Below, piece by piece: positions 10,236-22,548 of a DNA stretch of 64,000 bases. Source of the stretch: Nemertoderma westbladi (lineage: Eukaryota; Animalia; Xenacoelomorpha); assembly GCA_032718475.1 (NCBI GenBank), contig JAUCBJ010006819.1, forward strand, positions 1 to 64,000. The letters are read 5' to 3'. The position numbers were made by a program, and so were the translations under genes. Within the stretch, counting starts at the first letter, position 1. Each line of letters opens with the position of its first letter. The notes under the pieces are model-generated. The model was not told the origin of the DNA, searched no databases, and was given only the letters and a program-made list of their open reading frames with translations.

Positions 10236-12146
10236 CTCACTAACAATCCGATCTGCTATTAATACAGGTTGTGTATTATCCAGTATATTTGACCCATTAT
10301 TGATTATCAAATTGATGTTTATCTTAGCAACGCTGACATTAAACGCATTCCAGTGTACAAAAATTTGAGCGACGTATTTTATTACAGCGGGTCTGCTGTA
10401 ACCAGATACAGCGATGGACTGATTGCGAGAAAAAAGGCTTGATTCTCCGTCGCTCCATTTATAACGCAGATCCACTGACGCGCAACAATGTCTCCACATC
10501 AACGACTGGGAATCCTCTAATTGATTGGGGTTCATTTCTACGATCATAAATTTCCCGCGTTTAGCCAGCACGTAGTTTAATTGCGACCCGGGATAAACTC
10601 CAACTACTAGCACCGATACATTACCGCTAGCAATAGTCCAATCCTTCATCGTTTCCACTAAAGAAATCACGCAAAAATACTCCCCACCATTTGTCAAATC
10701 TAATTTACTTATGTACAGAGTCGAAGCGGTGCTTATGATTCTTGTAATACCTCCGGAACTTTTGTACCATTTCACAGTATTTGACTCTTTTCTCTCGTAC
10801 AAACATCGCAAAAGTAAACTTTCTTCACGAATTTTAACCAAATTAACGGTTTCATTTCCGTTTTTGTCGACAATTTTCACTTTGTACCTACTAAGAAACC
10901 TTGGTTTAACCAGAGATTTAGAGCATTGCTTTGCCTTTGTCATTGCCGCAGTTTTAGCACTACAAATAAATGTAAAATCCTCAAGAGTTTCGTTTCTTAG
11001 ACGGCTGATATTCACTTCGTACTCGAGAATTCGACTATCTCGACTGACGAGTTCCGCAAGTATTCCCGCGGGTTTCACCTCCATGTTAAACTCGTCACTC
11101 CGGTACTGTCCTATTGCGGGGTACCAGTCCCCCAGGAGCAGACACCTTAGGCGCACTCTACCTGCCCGCGGAATGGAACTCACATCCGACATCCATTCGA
11201 TCTCCCGATGCGGTAACAGAACCTCGCAACCAACTCTCCCATCCGGCACACGGAGTAGTTTGTGACTCACGTTGACAACAAAATTTCGTATTTTACTTTT
11301 TTGACAATTTGAATACAATCCGGTTAATGTTAAATTGTGAGTTATATTAAAATAATTAACATTTCCTTTTCGGCAATGAATTTCGGATGCATTGAACATA
11401 GTAGCTATTGTTTGCGCGATGTTTTCAGAGCCCTTGGCGACATTAGGGACATTGACTAGAGCCACGTTGTCGCTCAATGTAAAACCATCGTCTTCAACCA
11501 TGTCGGCAGTTGCATGGCCCTCCTCACCGTAAATAGTAGCCCCGACATCTTCGTTACCTCGGCTCTCTAAGATCAAAGATAAACAGCATCTCGAGAAGTC
11601 GAAATAACGGAAACCGAAAGCCGAGAACACATTGTCGCTAAACTTTGACAATGGGCTTTCAACCGAAGTATCAGAGTTGTAAATATATATTTCTGTTACA
11701 CTAAACATAGTATTCATTTCCATCCAAATCCGATTAATCTCATTGACCCACTTGTCAACCAGTAACTTCGTTTTACTAGTGGAGTTTTCAGATATTCTAG
11801 AATAGAACGCACTAGTCACCCCTATATATGTCAGGCATGTTCTTCCGTTGCTATTACTGACGCCTTCACTGGTATCCGACTTGTATTGGTTCTCTGTTCT
11901 CTTTGTTCTTACAAGGAAACCATCTTCGTATATATCCCCACTATATGTTTGAGGTTGGCCTCTGCAAAAGGCACCTCTGCCGAATGCATTCACCTTCACT
12001 TTATCTTCAAAATTCGTTTTGGATTTAGTTGTTAAATCTTTGTTAACAGAATCTGTTACCTGGAGTTTTTGAGTAACGATAATGGGAAATAGTACAGAAA
12101 CTAATGAGGCAATCAATGAAAACATAATAATACTTTGATGAAACAT
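10236..12146 (-). CDS. Exon 1 of a secreted-pathway protein: signal peptide, degenerate ADAM10/17-like metalloprotease domain, Ig-like domains
   Basis: Hydrophobic N-terminus, furin-like RTKR, RTCLTYIGV...CCLSLI...NVALVNV...YSNCQKSKI, and Ig motif LLRC..VKWYK..TLYISKLDLTNGGEYFC. Phase-0 donor GAG|GTAAGA at 10236/10235. Confidence 0.75.
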
Positions 12147-15100
12147 TGTGTAATGATTATAACTTCACATAATCATGTCGAATTACTGCATTATTATAGG
12201 CAGCTTTAGCTGAGATATCTAGAATATCATCTACGACATACATATAATTATTGAGTAAAGTTGAGTAGTTATATGAGAGACATAAATTATCTGAGACAAT
12301 TAGTTGATAGACAGAGAAATGTTACTGATGTACCTACATAAAGGAAGCCTTTCCTAAAAGTTAGGACATGACTTCGCCTTGGGCTTCTAGCGGCTTCTTA
12401 TTTTTTGGACTACATAGCTAATCAATTCATTATTTATAGTCATTACATATTATTGTAGAACTGTACTACATAGATAATCAATTTTAACAGTTCCATATTG
12501 TTCTTGAACATGAAATATCTCTTATAATTATATAATATTGTTCTAGAACATAAAAAATCTCACATATTGATATTATATTGATACATATCCATATAATGTA
12601 TTTTTTATAAGGTACACCCCAACCCCCTCTGTATTTTTCCAAAAAAGGTTGGTTATCACTTAAAATGTTAAGCGGGGGCAGACCAATTAACTCCGAACCG
12701 TCTTCCTTTGTAGATTCCGATTAAGAAAACGGTTTTCAATTTCACCAATAATTATCTGAAACATTTTCAAAATCCAACTGTCTACAATTCAAGAAACTTT
12801 TCAAAGTATTGCTGTTGCGAAATAACTTTAAAATTGAAAAATCGGGCCAGGTCAAAAAAAATAGGGGGCAGGGGGATGGAGAGTTGTTGATTAAGTTGTA
12901 ATACTAAGGGTAGGCCTATGTTATATAGAAATTATATATCCTATTGTACTGTATAATACATATGTAAAAATGCATGGTGAGTTTGCTATCCAATTTTGAC
13001 CCTCAAGTTAGCTAATAAATGGCCTAATTTAAAACACCTCGGCTAATGCACAGAGCAGGGGGATTACAATTATTTAGGTTCTAGAATTATAATGGCTTGA
13101 TTTTTTAAAACTGTTATTGCGAGTTAACTAAATGTAAATGTGAAAAATATAAATATATCTATTTATTTTACAAAAAGAAAGTAGCCTTTTTGTAAAAAGG
13201 GTTTTTTAATCCTCATATTCGAGGAATAGTAAACCCACATTTTTCGAGGCCGATAACTCGTTTGTTTGGATCTCGTTTTAAGGACTTTGTGAAAGTCGGC
13301 AAAACAATAAAGAATCGATTAAGAAACTGTACTCCCTGGCACTATAATAATTATTATCTGTCTGAGAGATATGCGGTTTTCGTAGTGCACATTAATGCCA
13401 TAGCAAAGTTAAAGTTACTATCTTGTATAAGAAAAAGGTTGGCCTACACTTAGAGGATTCGTATAGCGTAAAGATCAGGGTTAAAATTGTAACTTTGGCT
13501 TATTGGTTAACTTAAACCAAGAACAATATTAGCCTGAATCTAAATGACACGATTCGATTATATATATATATCTACACAAGTAGAAAATCCTGACCTATGG
13601 ATGTAAATGGCACTGGCACTCATATATACATAGGAAACTCCGCCACAAACAAAGCTTGTTGATTGTTTTGGTAGCTCGAGATCGGGAAAACTATTTTTTA
13701 TTCTTGGCTATTTTTTTAAAGATTCTATCCAAAAGATTTCCCCGGGGGAATATATCCAGTTCTTTCCCAAAAGCCATGCCTTAGAGACGAGCTGCTAGGA
13801 GATCTAATTACCGGTGGGCAACCGAACCCACTCTATGAAGAAAGTCAATAACATGTTGCTTGTCCGGCAATTGAATTAGCAAACCCCTTACATGCATAGG
13901 TCCGGAAAATATAAGGCATGCAATCAATAGTGGGTAGTGGGGAGTAATTGTGTTCTATGGTGCTGGGCTGGGTGCTGGGAGTGATGGTGTGACGCTTCTC
14001 GGGTGCATTACGGTTGTGTCGTACAGTACAATGTAGTTGGCATCTACAAGTGAAAGCAAAATTCCGCATCCAATCAAAATTAACTCTCCGTGATTTGCCT
14101 CTTTCATAAATTGTTTTTTCTTAATTAAATTATTTATAATTTTCAAAAATTGAGCTCCATTGCTGTTATGATAGGAATTAAACTGTGTGTTTTAAATGAA
14201 ACAGTTCTGACACGACCGTTATCACAGATGTAAATAAATTCACGATTGCCTCATTAAAATGAAAGGATTGTAATAAGGAATTGTAATAAACAATAAATAC
14301 ATAATAATAGTAGTGAATGAAGCCGATAAGCTGTATGGCAAACCAGCAACCTAATATAATAAGCAAATAATATTAATAAGCAATGCGGTCCCGGGAGTAC
14401 GCGGCAGTGATGGGCGGAGTGCGTAGACGTCCGTTCCTCTGTTCAAACACGCTCTGCCTTCGCGGTTGATATCGACACTGGGGGAGGGGGGGGGGGGGGG
14501 GGGGTCTCGGGTTCGGGTATGGTGCCGGCCTTCGTGAATCAGACCTCTTCAACTCTTTCTAAAAAGCATTATGAATACATTGTATGTATAATTTTTTGGT
14601 TTTATCGTATGTTAATAATTAATTTGTATGTACTGTTAATTTAATATATGATTCCTATGTTTATCGATAACGATAGGTCATATGACAATTACGCAATTAA
14701 ACACGGATGTCGCCAAATTTGGATGACAAAATAGCCAAACACACAAATACCAACATAATATTTAAATGCATATCACCATATAATCAAATGCATATATATA
14801 TAATTTATTCATGCAAGGATTCAAATACATGTCTGAAAAATACAAATACATACGGATCCCACATACCATGACAATGCGCATAATGCAAATATGAAATGCA
14901 AATATACAAATTCATTATGCAATATGTATCAGAATAATGTACTAATCCTAATTTGTATTTATATGTAAGCATATATGCGGTTATACTATTCATTTGCATT
15001 ATGTATATATTATTTTTTTATATGGGCTCAAATACGCATTCACATGTATGTAGAAACACATTTGCAGAAAACGTTATTTATTTGCATGCTGTTATTTATG

Positions 15101-15273
15101 CATTTTCCAAAATAAAATATATTTAGTTTTATATTTATTTTTATGTATTTTTATATATTTTGCATTTGTATCAGATATGCCTTTTTTGCAGCCATCAATA
15201 TGCATTTGCACTTAGAGGCACATGTGAAGTATACAAGTCTTTCAGTAGTATTATTTCACTTTACAGTTTACCA

Positions 15274-15493
15274 CCATGTGAAGAATTCCAGGTATTTGCT
15301 AAAAACCCATGAACACTGAAGGGCTGAATTTAACCAGAACAATAAACGAGTTACTATCTGCACGTACAGGTTATGAGATAGAAAAAGGTACTGTACGTGC
15401 TATAAAACATTTATATGTAACAATTCTTCTTCATATTTAAATTTACAATAGAATTTCGACCAAGAAAGTGAAAACTTGGAATTCTTCACATGG
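15274..15493. mobile_element. MITE-like element with about 17-bp terminal inverted repeats
   Basis: ccatgtgaagaattcca at 15274 and tggaattcttcacatgg ending at 15493. Confidence 0.6.
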
Positions 15494-15905
15494 ACGCATG
15501 GACACATGCTTTCCATGGACATCCATGGACACTTCACATGGACATTAAACCTATTTTCAGGCTTAGGTTTATATCCTTATTAAGAAATGTAATATAGAAC
15601 ACAAATCACTATTAATTCCTGTCAGCTGAATAATAATGTCAAAATTAAACAAAGGTACACAAAGCATACAGAAAATACTGAAACAGCCAACCCAGCAGCG
15701 GTGCCAAATAATTACACAACGAAATACTTGAATAGTCCTTAACACTAACAGCCATAATCATATGAATCTACATTTTGTATATGAATAAGCAATTTTAAGT
15801 CCGCGGAGCGAGACCTCTAGTATTCACTCCGTTGTTGTTGATGTTGTTGGTGTTGGTTTTGTTGTTGTTAATTTCCAGTTGGGTTTTGGTTTTAAGTCTT
15901 CATAA

Positions 15906-15980
15906 GGCGCAGTGGCAAAGTTGGTAAAGCGTGGGACTTGGAATCTCTAGGTACCGAGTTCAATCCTCCCTTTGCAGTGA
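15906..15980 (+). repeat. tRNA-derived SINE head or tRNA pseudogene
   Basis: A-box-like TGGCAAAGTTGG, B-box-like GAGTTCAATCC and a T-run downstream. The acceptor stem does not pair. Confidence 0.55.
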
Positions 15981-16749
15981 ATTTTTTGGTAGTAAGCCAT
16001 TCAAAGAGACAGTGCATGGGTTAGTAGACGCGGACCTTTGCGGGATTTCGCGCTTATTACATACCATACATACCCCTTACCCCCTTTACATTATGTGCAT
16101 TTGAATATAAGCAAGCCTATATAGGCAAGTAAAGGATAAAAAAATTACAAGGATTCCTAATTATATTCTAAAACATTCAGATTACTTTAAGCAATTATTA
16201 TACAAATTGCTTATATGCAATTTGTATAAACATAAACAGAGGACAATATACCAGATTGCAGTGGTCAAACTAATGTAGTCTTTAAAGATCATCGCACATT
16301 TCCTACGTATTGTCACCGTGACCGACTACTATTGGACAAATAAATTTGATGAGTTCCAGCTTTTGTGCAACCAATGGCGTCTCAGAATCAACTGGAAGGA
16401 AAATAGGAACTCTCTTGAAACAAGTTTCTTTCCATAGGAAACAAGATTTATATTGTAAATATTTTTCTTTTACAGTTAGTTTATAACCTAAGTAAATAAA
16501 ATGTTTACAGTTAGCTAAATCTTTTGAAGAAGTTATTTATAATAAGTTTAAATATAATGAGCGCTTTATAATAAATGAATTATAGTTGAGCTGTTAATGC
16601 AACTTTAATAAATAATATTGTAATAAGTTATTCAGAAATTGAAAAAATGAGAAAGCTAGAGAAAAATAGCGCTGTTTCAACCCCCGGTGACGCGCTTTCT
16701 TATTTTTTCCAATTCTGAACAACTTATATCATATCAATATCATTTATAA

Positions 16750-16903
16750 TAATAGCATCGACCACTGAAGGATGAAAGCCGGGGTTGAGCTAGGCTGCAG
16801 CATTTAAAGCACTGTGGCCAAACAGTGCTGCCCCATCTAGGGATCGAACCCGGGCTCCCTAATCGGAAGCACAGTAATGTAACCACTAGACCAAGCTGCT
16901 GCT
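16750..16903 (-). mobile_element. tRNA-derived SINE
   Basis: Minus strand reads TGGTCTAGTGG (A box)...GGGTTCGATCCC (B box), followed by GCTTTCATCCTTCAGTGGTCGAT, which resembles a conserved SINE central domain. Confidence 0.65.
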
Positions 16904-19689
16904 ATAAAAAATAACAAATAAATAAATCATAGGCCTATTATCTATTAACTATATGAAACACACTATCCTCCTAACCGTACAGTTAGGTAGACTAAAACGT
17001 CGATTGTCAAACGTAGATTAAAAATAGGTTTGAATACTTTTTCAGAGCTTACGCCTAGTCTGTTTGAAATATATGTCTTATTTACTCAAACAAGTGCCCT
17101 TATTCAAAGAAACGCCCCCTTCGAATAAACGCGAACTCAATAGGTAATATAGGCAGATACGAATACGAAATACTGCAACGCAATATTATTTGTATCAATA
17201 TGGCTGTCCTTCAGTATACATGTGCGCTATATGTGAAATAATACCAACACGTTAAAGTCATTCCTAAACTCAAGAGTCATTTTTCTAGGGGCGAAATTAC
17301 AAACATAAAGATAGGCTAGCCACTTGGCCGACCTGTAATGTAAAGTCATTCGCTTTATCAAAGTATTATTGGTTAAAAAAGTCTATTTAATTTTGCAAAA
17401 TCTCAACATTTTTTGTTTAAAAATTTCCACTTGCTACGCTCGCATTGTCTTCATTCACTTATATAACCATAACCAATATTCATGTTACGAACTTTATTAA
17501 CTTCCACAATTTCCTCTCAAATTCTAATGCTTTCGTTATGCTTTTCCCCTCTCTCATATTATCTACTTTCATGTGTGTGTGCCATACCTTTGCGTTTTTT
17601 GCCATACCTTTGCGTTTTTCAACGTCATTTTAAAGGTTTATATTCCTTGACCGAAACTTAAATACGCCACTGTTCAATTATCACGAATAACAGTAAGTAA
17701 CAATAAAATAAACCGCTAAATAAGTAATTAAGTGATAGAAATTGCACTAAGATATGTTTTGAGTAAATTAATATTCTTGAACAATTTTTGAAATATTATT
17801 GATTTTTTTGTGGGGGGGGGGGGGGGGGGGGGCAAAAGTAGTAAAGTGGGCGAAATAGTGGTAATGGTTCCCGTACGCTTATTATGCCTTTATCATAGCC
17901 TATTTGAAAACGGCTAGTAATACTATTATAATTTTTGAATCCAGGTTGCTTGTGGTTTATATGAATTGTACTCGGGCAGAGAAATTCGATAATATAAAGT
18001 GGATTCAAATAGATTTTCACAGTTTGTTCGTGTCAATATAATGTAACAATAGGAAACACCCAGTGTTTCGGAGTTCCGTTTATGTTTCCTTCGTGCCTGA
18101 TTCAGCTTCAGCAATTCTCGCCGGTCTTTGTAATAATTTCACAATAAATTACATCTCTTATTGGTAATTATGTAGCCTAATTGAGTAAATCTCTTCCTCT
18201 CTTAGAGCCAATTATGAATAAATAACATTACAGACAGGGATGAATTATTATTGTCACCAATTCTAATATTCGTTGATTTCCATTAACTCTCGAATACAAA
18301 ACATACAGCAGTTGAAAAAAATATATATACATAGCCTACAATAGATTGGAATTTAATTAATTATGGGATATTCTGGTTTGCAACAATTGAAAAAAGTTAA
18401 AGGGTAATTTTTTTACGATCAATATTTATTATTATTTAGAAATATGTACGTTTTCATGAGATATTCCACTATATAATACCAAAACATGAGACAAACTAAA
18501 TATATATAAATTATTTAATTTATTTCTGTAAAAATTAATATTTTAACACTCTAACCATCAATAGGCCTGAAATGCTTATCTTGTTAATAAAATACATTTT
18601 ATTAATAAATTTCTGTATTATTCAATAATTAGTATTATTTTGCTGGGTTATCGGGAATGGAATACTGACAGCATTTTAGAGTATAATACTATATTTTACC
18701 AAGTCATCTATCTATCTGTAAGTTACATGTTTATTATTAATTTTATTTACCGACAAAAGTAGCTAAATGTGGCTTATTGTTAAATCGAACAATATAATAT
18801 TGTTATTGTACCACTACTTATATATTAATAAACCCAACTGTTTATAAATCTATCGGTATCTCTACTTAATTTATTTTAAGTAGCGGAGTGGTTTGTTACA
18901 CGAACGAACGTAGTGATTGACTGCATATAAATATACGAGGATTACCACTAACACTCTGAAGTAGTACCTTACAACAAGTATGTGTATATAGTTTTAATCG
19001 AAAATTTAACCATACGAAACGGCTGTAGACGAAAGGCAGCATATTGCAGTTGTCCACAGTCTAGAACAATTACTAGTTTGATATACTCATGTAGTGCTAT
19101 CTCTCTTTACATTAACTGACTGAACTTTATCTAATAGGAAGTAGGGCCAGATGTTGCCATGAGTGCAAACGTACAAACCTCAGACGTAATTTAAGGCCTT
19201 TATCATTGTAGTACACTTTTGTTATGATGAGTTGCATGAAAATTATGCCGTAATTTTGTCCAAGTAACTTCTGACGTCCAAATATACAGATTCTATACTA
19301 TTACAACTGTACTATAATCGGCCTGTTGCATTGCAGCTGCACATTGAGATGGCTATGTCAGCTTAACTATAAATTTGTGAGGCCACCATGCAATTAAAAA
19401 ACGGCATGCTGCAATGTAGCTTGCATTAGGAATGTTATACCGGCAAAATTGCCCCGCCACAACTCTTTATTCCTTATGACTTTCGCGAGATTATCCGCAT
19501 CTTCAAGACCAGTGTCCTTTAAGAGGCGTCTCACGAAAGTCATGGGCTGTCCACCATGCTTTATTCTCTCCGTGAGGCCGCCAAAACACAGATTGTGTAC
19601 ATACTGTTACTCACGACGAAATCAATGTCCTGCAAAGAGGAGGCGGCTTTGTTAAAAGTATCTTGGGGGAACAATGATACACCTCCAAA

Positions 19690-20140
19690 GTTGTATATAA
19701 TAGTGTCTAGTTGGAGTTGTGTGCATTGTACTTGACACAATGAACCAGGCGTAGCATTCTTGTGAATGTGCCATCCAGAGATTTGGTGTCCTCAGCAGTT
19801 AGAGCCCAGCATGGACTCCCATAAAGTAATACTGGTACCACTGCTGCTCTAAATCATCCAAACTTCCGTGTTATTCAAAGGGACCTCCAAACCCTGGACA
19901 AGACAATTCAATGCTGCCCATTTCTTCCCCTTACATATTCGAAGGTCCTCATCTGGCTTCCGGATCCATGACAGTGCCAACAATAGTGCTCAAGCACACT
20001 ATCCTTAGAGCTTATGCACATACGATCAGACATTTCCTCTGAGGACTGTCAAATTTTAAAAAAGACCAACTCTAGAAGCAGCTTGCTCAAATGAGCAGAG
20101 AAGCCTCTTGGCACCCCCTCGACTTCTGGACCCAGTCGTG
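19690..20140 (-). mobile_element. Degenerate RTE-like LINE fragment
   Basis: Nucleotide similarity to 35640-36060 (gtgccatccagagatttgg...gcagttag...agcatggact...ttcaatgctgccca...gagcagagaagcct). Confidence 0.7.
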
Positions 20141-20799
20141 GTGTTTGTTATCATAAACAGATCTTCATTATGATGTTCTAAGGACGCGTAGTTCATACTC
20201 AACACATGACCTACAATAAATAGATAGACAACCTCAATTATGAAAAAGAATAGCACAAGTGTCCGCAATTGTTTCCAAGTTATTTCTGCAGACAAAAAAA
20301 CGCAATTTTGACCAAATGATTTCTGACGTCCAAAAATATACAGCAATTGTTTCCAAATGGAAGGTCAAGGGGTAGGGGTAACGAACTAAACAAATGTAGG
20401 AATTCACAAATGTAAGGATTTTATAATTAATACAATTAAAAATAATCAACCACCTTAGGATATTATATCATATAACATAATAATAATCAAATATATATTA
20501 TTAAATTCAGCTCAAATTTAAATAAACACAAATTCAACATGAGTAGTTAGTCAGACAGACATATAAAAGACCTTAAATTACAGACTTAACATTAATTTAT
20601 CTTAAAATACGTGCTATTAATTACTATAAACTAAATCCCAATCTGTATTTTGGATAAAAACAAATAAATTTAACAGAGATTTTCAAAATCACTGGGCAAT
20701 TTTACAAGCCCGGCGGTGAGGTGGGCATTATATGATTATAACAAGTAAAACTACCGTAATTTCTGATATTATACATTTTCTTTCGCAGGCGATATAAAG

Positions 20800-22548
20800 A
20801 TGGCTGTTAACGTTCTCGGTATCGTATCCATCGTTGTATTCTACCTACTCATCCTCGCAGTGGGAATGATCGCGGCGAGAAAAACCAGCTCCGCACAAAG
20901 ACAAGAAGATGTATCGGAAACGGAAACAATAATGTTAGCGGGTCGGAATATCGGGTGGTTGATTGGCACGTTCACGATGACAGCGACCTGGGTGGGTGGC
21001 GGCTACATTAACGGAACCGCGGAAGCAGTGTTCGATGGGGGTTTACTATGGGCCCAACCGCCGTGGGGGTACGCTCTAAGTCTCATCGTAGGTGGCTTCC
21101 TATTCGCCAGAATCATGAGAGACAAGGGGTACATCACCATGCTGGACCCATTCCAAGACAAATACGGTGCGCGGATTGGCGGATTAATGTACATACCGGC
21201 TTTATGCGGAGAGATCTTCTGGTCTGCGGCTATCTTAGGTGCTTTGGGGTCTTGTTTACGCGTCATACTAGATATTAGTGACGTCATGAGCATAGTAATA
21301 TCTACGGCGATCGCTATTGCATACACTCTCGTGGGTGGCTTGTATTCGGTAGCCTACACAGATGTCATTCAGCTGATATGCATTTTCGTTGGGTTGTGGA
21401 TTTGCGTGCCGTTTGCTCTGACCAATGAGAATGTGGGAAATATATCGGTGGGCAGCGCCGATTGGTTGGGAACGTGGGATAAAACTTACGCGGGCCAATG
21501 GTTCGATTTCGCGCTCCTCTTGATATTCGGAGGAATTCCCTGGCAGGTTTACTTTCAGCGCGTGTTGTCGAGTAAATCTTCGAGCTACGCCCAGTTCCTT
21601 TCGTACGCGGCCGCCGTTGGCTGTGTCGTGATGGCCATCCCCGCGGTGTTAGTAGGCGCAATAGCAGCGACCACCGACTGGGACAAAACCAACTACGGAC
21701 ACTCGCCCGACACGAAGGACGAAAAGAAACTAGTTCTACCGCTCGTATTGCAGTATCTTACGCCCCCGGCGATACAATTTATCGGTCTAGGCGCAGTATC
21801 AGCAGCAGTTATGAGTAGCGCTGATTCAAGCGTCCTCTCCGCTAGCACAATGTTTGCTCACAACATCTATAAGTTGGTATTCCGTCCAAAAGCGACGGAT
21901 TTCGAAATTATCACCGTTATGAGAGTTTCCATTTTTCTCGTTGGAGCGGTCGCTGCTGGAATAGCGATAAAGGTTGATTCGATATACGAGCTCTGGTTTT
22001 TGTGTTCCGATTTCGTTTACTGCATCCTTTTCCCGCAGTTGCTTTGCGTGGTTTATTTCCGGGCTAGTAACACGTACGGGTGTTTAGCGGGCTACATTAT
22101 GGCGTTGTTTCTACGACTAGGAGGTGGGGAAACAACCCTTGCAATACCTGCGTTTATCGAGTACCCTTACTACACCAATGGGGAGCAGTTATTCCCCTTC
22201 CGTACCCTCGCTATGACGGTCTCGTTGGGCACAATTATCCTCGTTTCCCTCCTCTTTCAGTTACTTTTCTTCCGTGGGTATCTTCCTGTATGGTGCGACG
22301 TCTTCCACAACGTCGTCAATCTATTGGATCCCATGGAAACCGAACCAGTAATATCCAATGAGATGATGGGTAATGCTTCAGGTGATATCGGCGTGAAAGA
22401 TGTCGGATTGGAACTGCTGAACAGCATCGAAGGGAAGGAAAACAAATCATATAAAAACAGTATCCAATCTGAGTCCGCGGTTATAGATACAGAGAATATA
22501 CATTTAAACCCAAACTTAAACGAGGATTATCCTAGAAACTTCCGTTAG
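20800..22548 (+). CDS. SLC5A7: High-affinity choline transporter 1 (sodium:solute symporter), single coding exon
   Basis: [79 protein letters not shown]. Splice acceptor ttttctttcgcag just upstream of the ATG. Confidence 0.96.
   Translation: MAVNVLGIVSIVVFYLLILAVGMIAARKTSSAQRQEDVSETETIMLAGRNIGWLIGTFTMTATWVGGGYINGTAEAVFDGGLLWAQPPWGYALSLIVGGFLFARIMRDKGYITMLDPFQDKYGARIGGLMYIPALCGEIFWSAAILGALGSCLRVILDISDVMSIVISTAIAIAYTLVGGLYSVAYTDVIQLICIFVGLWICVPFALTNENVGNISVGSADWLGTWDKTYAGQWFDFALLLIFGGIPWQVYFQRVLSSKSSSYAQFLSYAAAVGCVVMAIPAVLVGAIAATTDWDKTNYGHSPDTKDEKKLVLPLVLQYLTPPAIQFIGLGAVSAAVMSSADSSVLSASTMFAHNIYKLVFRPKATDFEIITVMRVSIFLVGAVAAGIAIKVDSIYELWFLCSDFVYCILFPQLLCVVYFRASNTYGCLAGYIMALFLRLGGGETTLAIPAFIEYPYYTNGEQLFPFRTLAMTVSLGTIILVSLLFQLLFFRGYLPVWCDVFHNVVNLLDPMETEPVISNEMMGNASGDIGVKDVGLELLNSIEGKENKSYKNSIQSESAVIDTENIHLNPNLNEDYPRNFR

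Noticed and set aside
15906-15980. Functional tRNA gene
   Set aside because: The acceptor stem does not pair. The same applies to the candidates near 16830-16900 and 35340-35415.
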